Assembly (NCBI GenBank): GCA_024137785.1
Contig: JAHRHZ010000223.1
Coordinates: forward strand, 12,836,284-12,900,283
Origin: Ginglymostoma cirratum
Lineage: Eukaryota
DNA length: 64,000 nt
Reading direction: 5' to 3'
This document shows, one piece after another, positions 49,490 through 61,849 of this stretch. Both the position numbers and the translations under genes were made by a program. Positions within the stretch are counted from its first letter, which is position 1. The number at the start of each line of letters is the position of its first letter. The notes beneath the pieces are model-generated. The model ran no database searches and was not told the origin of the DNA. It was given only the letters and a program-made list of their open reading frames with translations.

Positions 49490-51765
49490 GTCATAGATAC
49501 AGAGATACACACAGCATGGAAACAGCGCCTTTTGTCCAACTCTCCAATACCGACTCGACACCTAAATAAGTCTAGTCCCATTTGACCACATTTGGCCCGT
49601 ATCCCTCTAAATCCTTGCTATTCATATACAATCCAGATGCCTTTTAAATGTTGAAATTTCACCAGCCTCCATTACTTCCTCTGGCGGCTCATTCCATACA
49701 AGCACCACCCTCTGCATGAAAATGTTGCCCCTTAGGTTGCTTTTAAATCATTCCCCTCTCACCTTGTGCCCTCTAGTTTTGGACTCTCCCACCCCAGAGA
49801 AAAGACCCTGTCAATTTACCCTATCCATGCCCCTCATGATGTATAAACATCTATAAGGTCACCGCTCAGCCTGACACTCCAGGGAAAATAGCCCCAGCCT
49901 ATTCAGCCTCACCCTATAGCTCAAACCACCCAACACTGGCAACATCCTTGTAAATCTTTCCTGAACCCTGTCAAGTTTCACAACATCCTTCCCATAGCAG
50001 GGAGGCCAGAATTGAATGCAGTATTCTGATAGTGGCCTAACCAATGTCCTGTCCAGCTGCAACATGACCTCCCAACTCCTATACTCAATGCACCCACCAA
50101 TAAAGGCAAGCGTACCAAACGCTGCCTTCACTATTCTATTTACCCGAGGCTCCACATTCAACGAACTATGAATCAACACTCCAAGGTCACTTTGTTCAGC
50201 AACACTCCCCAGGGGCTAACCATTAAGAGTACAAGTCCTGCCCTGATTTGCCATTCCAAAATGCAGCACCTCACATTTCTTTAAATTAAACTCCATCTGC
50301 CACTTCTCGGTCCATTGGTCCATCTGTTCAAGATCCCATTGTGCTCGGAGGTAACCTTCTTCGCTGTCCACCACACCTCCAATTTTGTTGTCATCTTCAA
50401 ACTTACCAACCATACCTCTTATGTTCACATCTAAATCATTTACACAAATAAATGGACACAGCACCAATCCTTGTGACACACCACTGGCCACAGGCCTCCA
50501 ATCTGAAAAGCAACCTTCCACCACCGCCCTGTGACTCGATCTTTGAGCCGGTTCTGTATCCAAATAGCTAGTTCTCCCTATATTCCGTGTGATCTAACCT
50601 TGCTGACCAGTCTACCACGAGAAACTTTGTTGAACGCCTTACGGAAGTCCATATAGATCACATCCACTGCTCTGCCCTCATCAATCCTCTTTGCTACTTC
50701 TTCAAAAAACTCAATCAAGTTCATGAGACACTATTTCCCACCCACAAAGCCATGTTGACTATCCATAATCAGTCCTTGCCTTTCCAAATACATGTAAATC
50801 CTGTCCCTCAGGATTCCCTCCGACAACTTGCCTGCCATTGATGTCAGGCTTACCAGTCAGGGTTCCGTGGCTTTTCTTTACCACCTTTCTTGAATAGTGG
50901 CATCACTTTAGCCAATGTCCAGCCTTCTGGCACCTCACCTGTGGCTATTGATGATAATACAAGTATCTCAGCAAGGGGCCCAGCAATCACTTCCCTAGCT
51001 TCCCAAAAACTTCTGGGGTAACACGTGATCAGATCCCAGGAATTTATCCACCATTATGCGTCTTAAAACATCCAGTACTGCCTCTGTAAAATGGACAGTT
51101 TTCAAGATGTCGCTATTTATTTTCCCACGTTCTCTAGCTTCCATCTCCTTCTCCACAGTAAACATTGATGCAAAACACTGTTTAGTATGTCCCCTATCTC
51201 CTGCGATTCCACACATAGGTGGCCTTGATGATCTTTAAGGGGCCCTACTCTCTCCCTAGTTACCCATTTTTCCTTTATATATTTGTAGAATCCCTTTGGA
51301 TTTGCCTTAAGCCATCTCACATCCTCTTTTTGCCATCCTGATTTTCCTCTTAAGTCTACTCCTACTGCCTTCTGAGTCTTCCAGGGAATCATTCTATTTC
51401 TATTGTTTATACCTGACATATGCTTCCTTCCTATTTCTATTGTTTATACCTGACATATGCTTCCTTCCTATTCTTGACCAAAACCTCAATTTCTCCAGTC
51501 ATCCAGCATTCTCTACACCTACCAGCCTTGCCCTTCACCCTAACAGGAAAAATAGTGTCTCTGGACTCTCATTATCTCAATTTTGAAGGCTTCCCATTTT
51601 CTAGCCGTCCTTTTGCCGAGGAGCACCCTTTTTGAAAGTTCTTGCCTACCACTGTTAAAATTGTCCTCCCCTAATTCAGAACTTTAACTTACAGATCTGC
51701 TCTATCATTTTCCACGACTGCTTTAAAATTAACAGAATTATGATCACTGGCCGCAAAGTGTTCTG
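49490..51765 (-). mobile_element. 2.3-kb 5'-truncated CR1 LINE, frameshifted
   Basis: KANPKGFYKYIK…RERVGPLKD; VASGVSQGLVL…VNDLD…KFEDDNKIGG…WQMEFN.KKCEVLHFG; LVRPLSEYCIQFW. The tail at 49490-49540 is homologous to the HE1 tail. Confidence 0.93.
51394..51467. repeat. Perfect 37-bp tandem duplication inside CR1
   Basis: ctatttctattgtttatacctgacatatgcttccttc x2. Confidence 0.95.
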
Positions 51766-52261
51766 ATGCTGCTTATTATTTCAGATATTTGCAGTGCTCA
51801 TGTAAATTTCAGGCAGTCTTTAACATCTTGTCCAGGGTTTCAGTCCTTAGTGCAAGTTTATACATAACACAAGTAATGTTAGATTATTTATATCCACTGA
51901 GATAATGTACAGGAAGCTACTGCCTTCACTGCTTTATGTGGGAGTTTGCGGTCAGCAAGACTGGCTTAAGTGTACACATCTGCAATACATATCTCTTCCT
52001 CAAATCTCTCTGGTTCAATACTATTGAACGCAAGTGAGAGATGGAGACAGTCCAGGAGGAAGAAGTGGGAGGAATATCTGGACAATTCACCCCAGACCAC
52101 CTCCTTCACACCTTAACAAGAGCAGCAGGTTCAGAAGCTGCCGAACCTCAGATTCAGAGGGGTGGTATAACTCACAGCCTGCAACGTAAGGGGAATTCAG
52201 AGTAGACAGAAAATAAAGACCTTCAAAAAAAGGAAATGGAACCTTTTCCAGTAGGTATAGT

Positions 52262-52436
52262 ATTTCTATGTCTGGACAAAGTTAAGGTTTCAATAGGCAA
52301 TTTCTGTTTGATCTGGAGTCTACAACAGTTAAACCTTTTTGTAAGACACTGCTTGTGGCCAGTTGAGCAACAGGCAGGGCTCAAGCTCACAGAATCAATA
52401 ACAAGGAAGAAAGAGCAAGCCTTCAAGCTGTAGCAC
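52262..52436. repeat. Left arm of a ~175-bp inverted repeat
   Basis: Reverse complement of 53737-53910, e.g. gttgagcaacaggcagggctcaagctcacag versus ctgtgagcttgagccctgcctgttgctcaac. Confidence 0.92.
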
Positions 52437-52748
52437 GCTGGCTCAGTGGTTAGCACTGCTGCCTCACAGCACCAGGGACCCGGGTTCGATTCCACGCTCA
52501 GGTGATTGTCTATGTGGAGTTTGCACACTCTCCCCATGACTGCATGGGTTTCCTCCAGGTGCACCGGTTTCCTTCCACAGCCCAAAGATGTGCAGGCTGT
52601 GTGGACAGTCCATTTAAATTGCCTATAGTGTAGAGGGACGTGTTGATTAGGTGGGTAATAAGTGATGGGTTGAGGTGGAATGCTCTGAGGGTCAGTGTGG
52701 TCTTGGTGGGCCGAAGGGCCTGTTTCCACACCGTAGGGATTCTCTCTC
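52432..52748 (+). mobile_element. Near full-length HE1 V-SINE
   Basis: A box TGGCTCAGTGG, B box GGTTCGATTCC, V domain, and tail gggccgaagggcctgtttccacaccgtagggattct. Confidence 0.93.
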
Positions 52749-53736
52749 TGAAACTTGGTGCCATTAGGACAGACAGACAGGCTGGCTATCACAAGGATAG
52801 GCAAAATGCTGACTGTGGCATAATGTAGCAGGAGCTTGTCGAAAAGGGAAGCACAACAGGGTAGTTGAAGAGCATTCAACAACTTGCCAAATGGATAGAA
52901 ATCTTTGTAAACACAAAGACGACCTCACATTTTGTGTTGCCTACCTAGCACAAGGGAAATCTCAAACCAGCTTGAAAAGACAGTGGAGACAGAGAAAGGA
53001 TTATACAAACATGGAAGGGTTACAACACTGAAGAAGACCATTTGCCTCACAAAATCTAAGCTAGCACTCTATATAAATAATTTCACTGGTAACACTGTCC
53101 AGCGCTTCCCCTGTAATTCCCTTCCATTCAGGTGCTTACCCAGTTCCCACTTGCAGTGGTTCACGTAAATTTCAAGCAGTTACAACTGCCACAACTAAAT
53201 CTCACCCCATTACCCTTTTCGGACCTAGCTGTTGTGACCCTTCCGAGGATTAACAAAACTCAGAGTGCAGCCAAAGACTTTGTCTGGCAAGAACCGAAAA
53301 GGAGGAGCTAAATTCAAGAGCAAGGCCTCAATGATTACAATATCTGGATTAATAGCCATACACTGATTTGTACTTAGCTAAGATGACAGGGGAAATGAAT
53401 GCGTGATTAAAAGGAGCGGTGTGGAAAAGGGGGACCCTGGCACATGGAACACTGGTATCAGTATTATGACGGGAAGGAACTATACAGTTGAGACCAACTC
53501 CACCTGGTTATGAGAAGTTTTAACCAGCAAATTTAATTACAAATCAAGAGATTAAAGTACCGGTCGTAAACTCACTTATAATCAAAAATCACTAATTATT
53601 AGGGCAAAACTACTTGGGTTGAGTTTTGAGAAGAACGACTTACACAGTGGCTCAGAAATGACTGAATGTTCGCATAATTACACCTTACAAATTTCAGAGC
53701 CATTAAAAATGGAAGCTAGCTGCCAGGCAATAGACA

Positions 53737-53910
53737 GTGCTGCAGCTTGAAGGCTCGCTCTCTCTCCCCATTATTGATCCTGTGAGCTTGAGCCCTGCCT
53801 GTTGCTCAACTAGCCACAAGCAGTGTCTTACAAAAACATTTAACTGTTGTAGACTCCAGATCAACCAGAAATTGCCCACTGCAACCTTAACTTTGTCCAG
53901 ACCTGGAAAT
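53737..53910. repeat. Right arm of the ~175-bp inverted repeat
   Basis: Reverse complement of 52262-52436. Confidence 0.92.
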
Positions 53911-54279
53911 CAAAGTCCATTATGCCCAACATGAAACGTCCGAGGCATCAATCCACCAAATTTTTCGAACCTTACTACTTAACCTGCCCTTCCGTTCTAT
54001 AACTTATTTGTGTGTACTTGCATGAATGTTTGATTGTATGCAAGAGAGATTGCATGCTACTGAGAATGCTCCAACATATTCAGGACTAGGAACAAAATAT
54101 ACTAGGCTAACAGTTCTAAAAGCAAAGAAGAAAGATAAAGAAAAAGTAAATGGGGAGGAGGAACCTTAATGATCAAGGTTAAAATCACTCCAGTGATAAG
54201 AAACAAAAGATAAGCAGGAAGTGGGGTCTTTATTGCTTGAGTTAAACTAGAGAGAAGGATTCAAGACTGGAATGGGAGC

Positions 54280-56300
54280 TGTTGGCAGAAGCTACAAACG
54301 TAGTGAGTGCAGAGAAGGGACATAGCAAAGGAACACCTCAACTTTCATTTGATTGGAATAAGGAGAATCAGTCAAAAAAGTATGAACTTCCTGCCGCATT
54401 CAGGATAGTTTTCTGCAATATATTCTAGAAGTAGCAAAGGGACAGGCTACGTTACAAAATTTAATGAGTTAGATTTAGGTAACAGCTTGAGGAAGTGAAC
54501 ATTTATCCATAGTTATACATTGGCAAAGTTTAATGAGGTTTTTGAAAAATGGAAAGACAGAAAAAAAAATCTTGAAGATTCACTTCAATATAATGAGACA
54601 GAGCCTGTCAACAGGAAACTGGGCAAATTTGCTAATGGGCAAAAATAAAGACAACCAGTGGGTTTAAAAGCAACAATTCAATGTGATACTGAACCAGTTT
54701 ATACACTGACAGGAAAGAGATCCACTTGCCAAAAATCTACAGCCAAGGACAAATAAAGAGGTAATAGATATCTTAGAAGCGAAAGAAAAATACACAATTT
54801 TAAAACCATGTTCAAAAACATTGTTAAAACCACGTATCCTGGCAAAGGTAAGTGATGCAAAGTACAAAGGGTGGCAAAAAAGGCTAGTAAGCAACATAAA
54901 CAAAGAAAACATTGGCTAAAACAGTGACAAAACCCACAGACCAGATGGTTACCATTCCAATATTTTAAAGGAAGTGAGAACATTGCAGATGCACCAAACA
55001 TAACCTTTCAAAGTTTCCTCGATTTGGAACCCCTTTATTAGACTTAAATATTACACACACTATTCCATCTTTAAAGATGACTCATCAGTTAGGCAAACAT
55101 CTGGCTGTGAGTTTGACAGGGTTCATAGCTAAGGATAGAGTAAGTGAACATCCCGAAAATGTACAAATGATCAAAGAGACCTAGCATGGATTTGTATAGG
55201 GAACTTCACGCATGACAAACACAATTGATTTTTGAAGAGGTTACTAAAGTAGCAGATGGGAAGTGTATTCAGATTCTAGAAATGCCCAGAAGACATTAAA
55301 GTCTGTCATAAGAGGCAATTAGCTGAAGTTGAAGCCCATGGAACTGAAGTCAATTTATTAGCCTGGTTAAAAAACTGCCTAACAAGGCCAAAGATAAGGA
55401 ATACTAATAATGAAATGTTCTATTGGTAGGATGTGACTGGTGGTGCGCCACAAGAATCTGCACTGAAACCTCAACTGTTCAGTATTTTATCACCATATTT
55501 ATGGACTACTCAAATCACAGGAGTAGTTTCCAAGTTTGACAATGACACAAAAATGGATTCAGCTGTGATCAGTGTAAATGGGTGCATAAGGTACACGGGC
55601 AGATAATAGATTGTGAAGGGAACAGCCACATTTTAGGTCAATGCAGACAAATGAAAGATCATTCACTTTGGATGCAAAAAAAAAGGAGAACAAGGCACTT
55701 TCTAAACAAAAATAAAGCAGCAATGGAAGTCTAAAGAAATAAATCATTACAATATCACGTGTAGTTGCAGGAAATAATCTAAAAGGCTCATGGAACGTTG
55801 ACCTTGGTATGCAGGGCACTAAAATACAAAGTGGGTGCCCGTACAAAATTCTGGTTCCATCACACTATAGACCATTATCAGTATTTCTACGCAGCACATA
55901 TTAAGGATGTTACATTGGCCTTGGAGGAAATGCAGCATTTCGAAGAATTGATGCCTGGAACCTAAGGGTTAAATTACGAGATGCGATGAGTTAAATTCAG
56001 GTGACGTTCCTTGACATTCAGAAGGTAAGAGTTAGGGTAGATACAGAGAAACCATTTTTGCTACACAAGTAGCCTAGGACTTGGGACATTGTCAAAATAT
56101 TAGACCCACACTTTTCAGCAGTGAAATTAAAAAAAAACACTTCTACACAGAAGGTAGAAGTTTAGCAATCTACTGTTAATACCAAACTCATATTGGATCA
56201 CTTGTTAACCGTCAAACAAAGATTGACAGATTTTTGTTAGCTAATTGTATTGAGAGGTACGGAGCAAAAGGCGGTAGTGAATTGGTTTTTGGTTAATCAT
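54280..56300 (+). mobile_element. Ancient, heavily mutated CR1 ORF2
   Basis: Collinear relics: 'cagcatggatttgt'-like (QHGF) at about 55183, 'gtgactggtggtgcgccacaagaatctgcactg' (VTSGVPQGSVL) at 55433, 'tccaagtttgacaatgacacaaaa' (KFADDTK) at 55530, 'ggccttggagg', 'cacttctacacag'. Confidence 0.75.
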
Positions 56301-56799
56301 GGTATACAGGCCTCATTGGCAAGGCCAATGTTATTGTTCAACCTTAGCAATCCTTGAGGAAGTGGGGGCGAGATGCTTTCTTGAAGTGTTGCAGTTCTTA
56401 TTGTATCAATACAATAACAGTGCTACATTGCAAAGAGTTCCAGGATCTTAACCTGAAGAACTGGCAATACATTCCCAAGGAAGAAAGATATTCAACTTGG
56501 AAGCAAAGTTGCAGGTTCAGCTATGAATTCGACAAATTGAAGATCAAAGTTTGAAAAGCAATTCATTTCTGTTTCGGTTTTTCCCATATTATACAAGTTC
56601 ACCACATGCCAGCTGATCAATCCCATAAATCAACTCTTTTTTTGTCACATTTGGCAGGAGGTTTTAGAGCCGGATGTCACCAATCCCCACCCCCACCCAC
56701 AACTGACTCTTCCCATTTTTCTGGGCTGTGGACTGACACTGATGCACGCTGCTTTCCTGCACCTGTGCTTGGATTAACAATCTTAAATAGCCACGTTTT

Positions 56800-57120
56800 T
56801 AAAAATTCATTCATGAGATATGGGCTTCACTGGCTAGGCCAGCATTTATTGCCAATCCTTAATTGTCCAGACAGCAATCAAGAGTCAATCACATGCTGTG
56901 GGTCCGGCGCCACATGTAGGCCAGATCAGATGAGGATGGTACTTTGCTTCCTTAAAAAGTGAACCAGACGGGTTTTGCTGACAATTGGCAATGGTTTCAT
57001 GGTCATCATTAGGCTCCCAATTCCAGATTTTTATTGATTTCAAACTTTACCATCTGTCACGTGGGATTCGAACCAAAGTTCCTGGATAAAATGCCTAGCA
57101 ATAACAACACTAGGCCCTCA
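56800..57120 (-). mobile_element. tRNA-head SINE with the 'gggcaataaatgctggcctagccag' tail
   Basis: Minus strand: GGCCTAGTG (A-box-like), GGTTCGAATCCC (B box), body homologous to 36635-36930 and 46815-47100, and the shared LINE tail. Confidence 0.75.
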
Positions 57121-59365
57121 GCCTAAATGTTCTATTCTTGTGACAATGGTGCCATGGTATCGACAAATACAATTGTTTTCACTTCTGGGTTCAAATCAGA
57201 TGCAGCAAATGATTCCCTTCCCATAATTTGTAAAGGTCTAATTGAAATGTCAGGAATAGAATACCAACAAAGTATACTCCATAATTCGCAACTACAACAA
57301 ACTGTGAAACAGTGGGCATTTTAACTTCAAAACATATTACTAATCTCAGTAAATTAGTATAATTCATGTACTTTCACAGAACATAGATCACACAACATTG
57401 TTTTACAAGTTACATTTCAAGCAGATTTTACAAGAGTTGGATATGTTTCTACATAATTACTTCCTTGAAATGAAATCCAGAGTTCAAATACTGCATCTTC
57501 ACCAGAATGGAACTCAACATCATGGTACTTTTTTTTTAAAAGGTTTTGTTATCCAAGTTTCAAGTGCAACAGACAATAAAGGAGAACACCATAAAGTCAG
57601 ATATTGATCAAAAACTTCTGTTCAAATTAAAAAACAAGGAACATCCTTAATTGGATTTATACAACCACAATAACTATTCACAAGACCACAAACTGCTATC
57701 TTAAAACCGAGCCCAGTGAACGAAAAACAATAAAAAGAGATTTGCACAGAAGCCTAGCAAAGAACCTTTACAACATCACAAATTGAACAATATTGTGTTA
57801 TACTGATACAATATTAAGTTTATACAATAACTAGAAAAATAAATTAATCCACAACTGAAATTTTAAAAACTTAAAACAATTCCAAATATTCCATTATGAT
57901 CTCTTTCAATACATAATTTGAGAACTGTTAATACTAAGAGAATGAACACTGCCATTAAGACAATTCTTTTGAAAACTGTAAGAGTCCACAAGATTATTAT
58001 GTAGACAAAGATGCTCTTTATGTAAAATACAAGACATAAATAGCTTCAGAATCAAAATCTCAAAAATACTCACAATCATCAAATCAAGCATCATACATGT
58101 ATATTTGTTAAACGGGTGTTATCAGAAGGAATAGCTGAGATGGAATGTATTGTGATGAGCCAGAAAAATACCATGCTTGCTTATGTACTGCATATACATA
58201 ACTTAAATTTCAACCAGACCTTAATAATTACAAAACCTACATTTACATAATACTCCTTAGCAAAAAGGCAGCAATCTCAGTGCATTTCATCAGGAGAAAA
58301 ATGGACAGAGCAAAAAAAGGAAAATAGGAAAAATTGGAGAGGCAAGGATTAGGATCAAAGGCACAGTTGGAGGGATAAGAGTTTTCAGGCATTTTGTAAC
58401 TTTTGAAGAAAGAAACACAAAGGGGAGTTGAATCAAAGCACATTTCCATCCCTGGGCCATTATGGCACATCCCATGTAGTCAGTGCAGTATCAGTGGAGA
58501 TGATCTGCGACCAGGTCATCTGTGCTCTTGGCTCCAGGTAATGTGTGGCCTGAAAAACTGGAGAGAAAAAAAGAGATTTTGTAATCTCACAAGAAGTTTA
58601 TTTATTCTTTCATTGTTGGTATTTTATGGAATGCACATGACAATTCTAGATTCTAAGTTAATAGCTATCTTGAAATAAAGCTCCACTTTCCTGTGACGGA
58701 AATCAATTTTGATTCCAAGTAGGGTTTTGCAAAGAACAAGACTGCCCTCTAATGGAAAGAACCATTCAGGGCTGTCAAGACAATATCTAAACTGCAGCAT
58801 GAAACTTATCCACATTGTTTCCTACTGGAAATATTTAAAGCTTTACCTACATTTTAGAAAAATAAATCATTAATTATTTCAAAGCTAAGTCCTAAACATG
58901 TGGGATTCCCCCACTACCATCTTCAAATGGTTTAACTTATGATGAGCATAATCCCATTCAAGGGATAAGCACATTATTCCTAAAACACAAACATTGCTTT
59001 CTTAATTGCTCAGAGAATATCTCAAGATAATCTTGCACGATTAAACAAGATGAAAACATTCCCTCACCAAGGAAAACTCAAAAATCCATATTTTGCGTTT
59101 CATTGTATGGGGCTCCGTCATGACATAGGTAACTTTGCATAAGATGCTCTTTGCTTTTGGTTACTTTTTTAAATGAGCTTTAATAGTGTGTGAGTGTGTT
59201 ATCACTGCCTCTGCATCTTTGCATCCTATTTATTGCATTCTGCCAGGATTTCACAGCTGCCATTATCAGCTGTCTCAGTGACCACATCATGAGGTCTTGA
59301 GTATAGCCCTTCAATGATTAGTGTACAGGTTTTCAGCTCCATTTACAAATACCTTTGAAAATGAA

Positions 59366-59482
59366 GTGGAGATGCCAGTGTTGGACTGGGGTGGACCAAG
59401 TCAGAAATCACTGTGCCAGATTATAGTCCAACAGGTTTATTTGAAATCACAAGCTTGCGAAGCACTGCTCTTCATCAGGTGA
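59366..59482 (-). mobile_element. PLE terminal repeat (second family) with a hammerhead-like motif at 59447-59482
   Basis: Minus: UCAC-CUGAUGA-A-GAGC-AGU-GCUUC-GCAA-GC-UU-GUGA, then 'tttcaaataaacctgttggactataa…ccagtccaacactggcatctccac'. Confidence 0.75.
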
Positions 59483-59719
59483 CAGATGAATTTTCGTCGA
59501 GTATCAATCACCTCTAATAAGAAGAGACCCAACTAACTCCCTGAACAACAACAGCAAAATGCTATAGCACTAATGTTTTGGGAGATTCCAAAGACTTAAA
59601 ATGGCCATTCATATCAACACTGAGGCTGTAGAAAGAAAGACTGCAATGACTGTTTTGCTTGTGGGCACCTCAATTAATTCATACTAACTATAAAAGGGGC
59701 CAATCAGGATTGTGATGTA

Positions 59720-60095
59720 ACAATCACTGCTGCATGAAACAAATGTAGCTTCAACAAGTAGAAAAAGACAGGAAATAATACACTGCTGGATAGGCACCAA
59801 ACTCCACCGTCAACTATTAGCCCCCTGTCAATAAGCTTCCATTGAAAGCACCTCCCAACCAGCCACCTCAACCACCAGAAATGTAAAAAACATGCACACA
59901 AGATCATTACAAGAAATTCACCAACTAGTTCACTTTTATCAGTCAAACAACATCGTGGAATTCCTCACCTAAAAACATGTGCACCAATGGTACAAGTCAT
60001 AAAACAGTTCAAGAAGAAACCCAAATCCGTCACCCCTCCACATAGCCTTCAAAAATGGAGATGGCTATTATAAATTCAGTTTAATCAGCATTATC
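59720..60095 (+). mobile_element. Very old LINE 3' portion
   Basis: 'cacctcccaacc…ccaccagaa…tggaattcctcaccta…cagttcaagaagaa' parallels 45785-46262. Confidence 0.45.
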
Positions 60096-60594
60096 TGCAA
60101 CATTCCCGCAACAAAAATGTACATCAGCCAAAATATAAAATGAGCGCATGCGTTTTACAGCAGGTCATGGAAAGGATCGGAAAATGTATATGGGATTAGG
60201 TCATAAGACTCAAAACTGAATGCTTCCAGGTAGTGTGTATAATTCAACTTGGACTTTACGTCAGCAATTCATCTTACCAAAATCACCTCAAGCAAAAGTT
60301 AGAACACAGAGCAAGTCCACATTTCTATTATTCCACCCTCACTAGCTAACCTCGACGGATCACATTTTCCTTCCGCTCCATTACCTCACTAATCAACACA
60401 GAAACTCGGGCATCTCAGAAACTGCCTTCATCTACAGTTATTCCAAAAGTGACAGACCCAATCCTCAACCAGAAATTTATTCAGGTTCTCTTGGAAGGAG
60501 TAACATGGGCATCATGATCTAGGAATATCTGTTTCAATCAGGTCAGCAAAACTGCTTAGAACTCAGTGTTGCAAAACAAAATTCAAACTTTTAA

Positions 60595-60850
60595 CGCATG
60601 GTCATTAAAACGGGGCCACAATGTCAGGATAAGCAGGCCAATCATTTAGGGTTGAGGTGAGGAGAAATTACCTCACAAAGGGCTATGGATGTTTCATTGT
60701 TGACCACATTTAAGACTGGGACAGACAGACAGATAGATTTTTGGTTTTCTAGGGAATCAATGGATACCGGGAATGAAGTGTAAGATCAGAAAGGTGTAAC
60801 AGGTTTAAGGGGCCATTTTGTCTATTCCTCATGTTCCTGTGTTCTTATAT
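60595..60850 (+). mobile_element. Decayed CR1 3' end
   Basis: 'acggggccacaatgtcaggataagcaggccaatcatttaggg…aggagaaatt…tctattcctcatgttcctgtgttctta'. Confidence 0.7.
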
Positions 60851-61354
60851 TTTGTATAAAACAGCAGAAAAGTTTCACAGATTAGATGCTGTGATGTACA
60901 AACATCTGGAAGACAATGATTCCAAACATTCATCCTTTCCCGAGTTACCTTAAACAGGACGAAAGCAATTCCTTTGGCAAATCCAGAAAAGCCTACCTTC
61001 AGTAAATGAACTATGGAAGTTCATTTCAGCATAGCCCTTCTACCCAAGAAGTGAACTGAGGGAGTAAGGAGAATTAGCAAACACTTTGCAGTCCAAGCTG
61101 CCTACGTAGGCTGCGGTAATCAGGACACATTAATGGAATGGTGTACGGTGCTGGGCTTATAGCATCATTAAACATTTTCAACTAAGGTTACTTTGAAATA
61201 GGGAAAAGGAGAATTCTGGTGACTTCTCAATGAGACTTCCAACCTATCTGCACTTTGTAATATTCAGTGTAAAGATAATCAAAATAAATTTCAAATGCTT
61301 TTACTGTGCATCATAGCATTGTGTGATACTTAAAAAACCCCTATTTCCACTTCT

Positions 61355-61840
61355 ATAACATGATCTGACTTTCCCACCCATCTTTGTCACCTCAAAACTA
61401 GACTATTCCAATGCAATTCTGGCTGATCTTCCACATTTAATACTGTTAATTTACGATCAACCAAACACTGCCTGACCTTAACTCACATCAAGTTCTTATC
61501 CTAGCTTTCAAATTCCTCCTTGACTTTGCCTCTCCCCATTTCTAATCTCCTCTGGCTCCACAATTCTTACAGGTATGTGCTGTTCTCGTTCTGATCTTTG
61601 TGCATCCCAAATTTTAATCGCTCATCCACTGGGTCTGACTGTCTAGGCCCCACGGTTTAGCATACTCTCCCTATTACTCTCCACTACATTTTCTTCCTTT
61701 AAAACACTTAAAAATGTACTTATTTGGTCAAGCTTTCGATCATCCAATCTAATTTTTTCTTTAATGGCTCGGTCCGTACTTTTCTTTGTAACTCCTCTAT
61801 GAAGCATTTTGGGATATTTCATTATATTAGAGGTTCTACA
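61355..61840 (+). mobile_element. Decayed L2-type LINE 3' end
   Basis: 'tttgtcacctcaaaactagactattccaatgcaattctggct' = FVTSKLDYSNAILA; 'ttaaaacacttaaaaatgtacttattt…caagcttt'; tail 'tgaagcattttgggat'. Confidence 0.7.
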
Positions 61841-61849
61841 TTACATACT

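Noticed and set aside
52223-52882. 219-aa ORF
   Set aside because: Antisense read-through of an HE1 SINE plus the inverted-repeat arm; no protein-family signal.
58460-58549. WWOX exon 4
   Set aside because: Only THYLEPR resembles it. HINKR, RYDG and TGANSGIG are missing and a stop follows.
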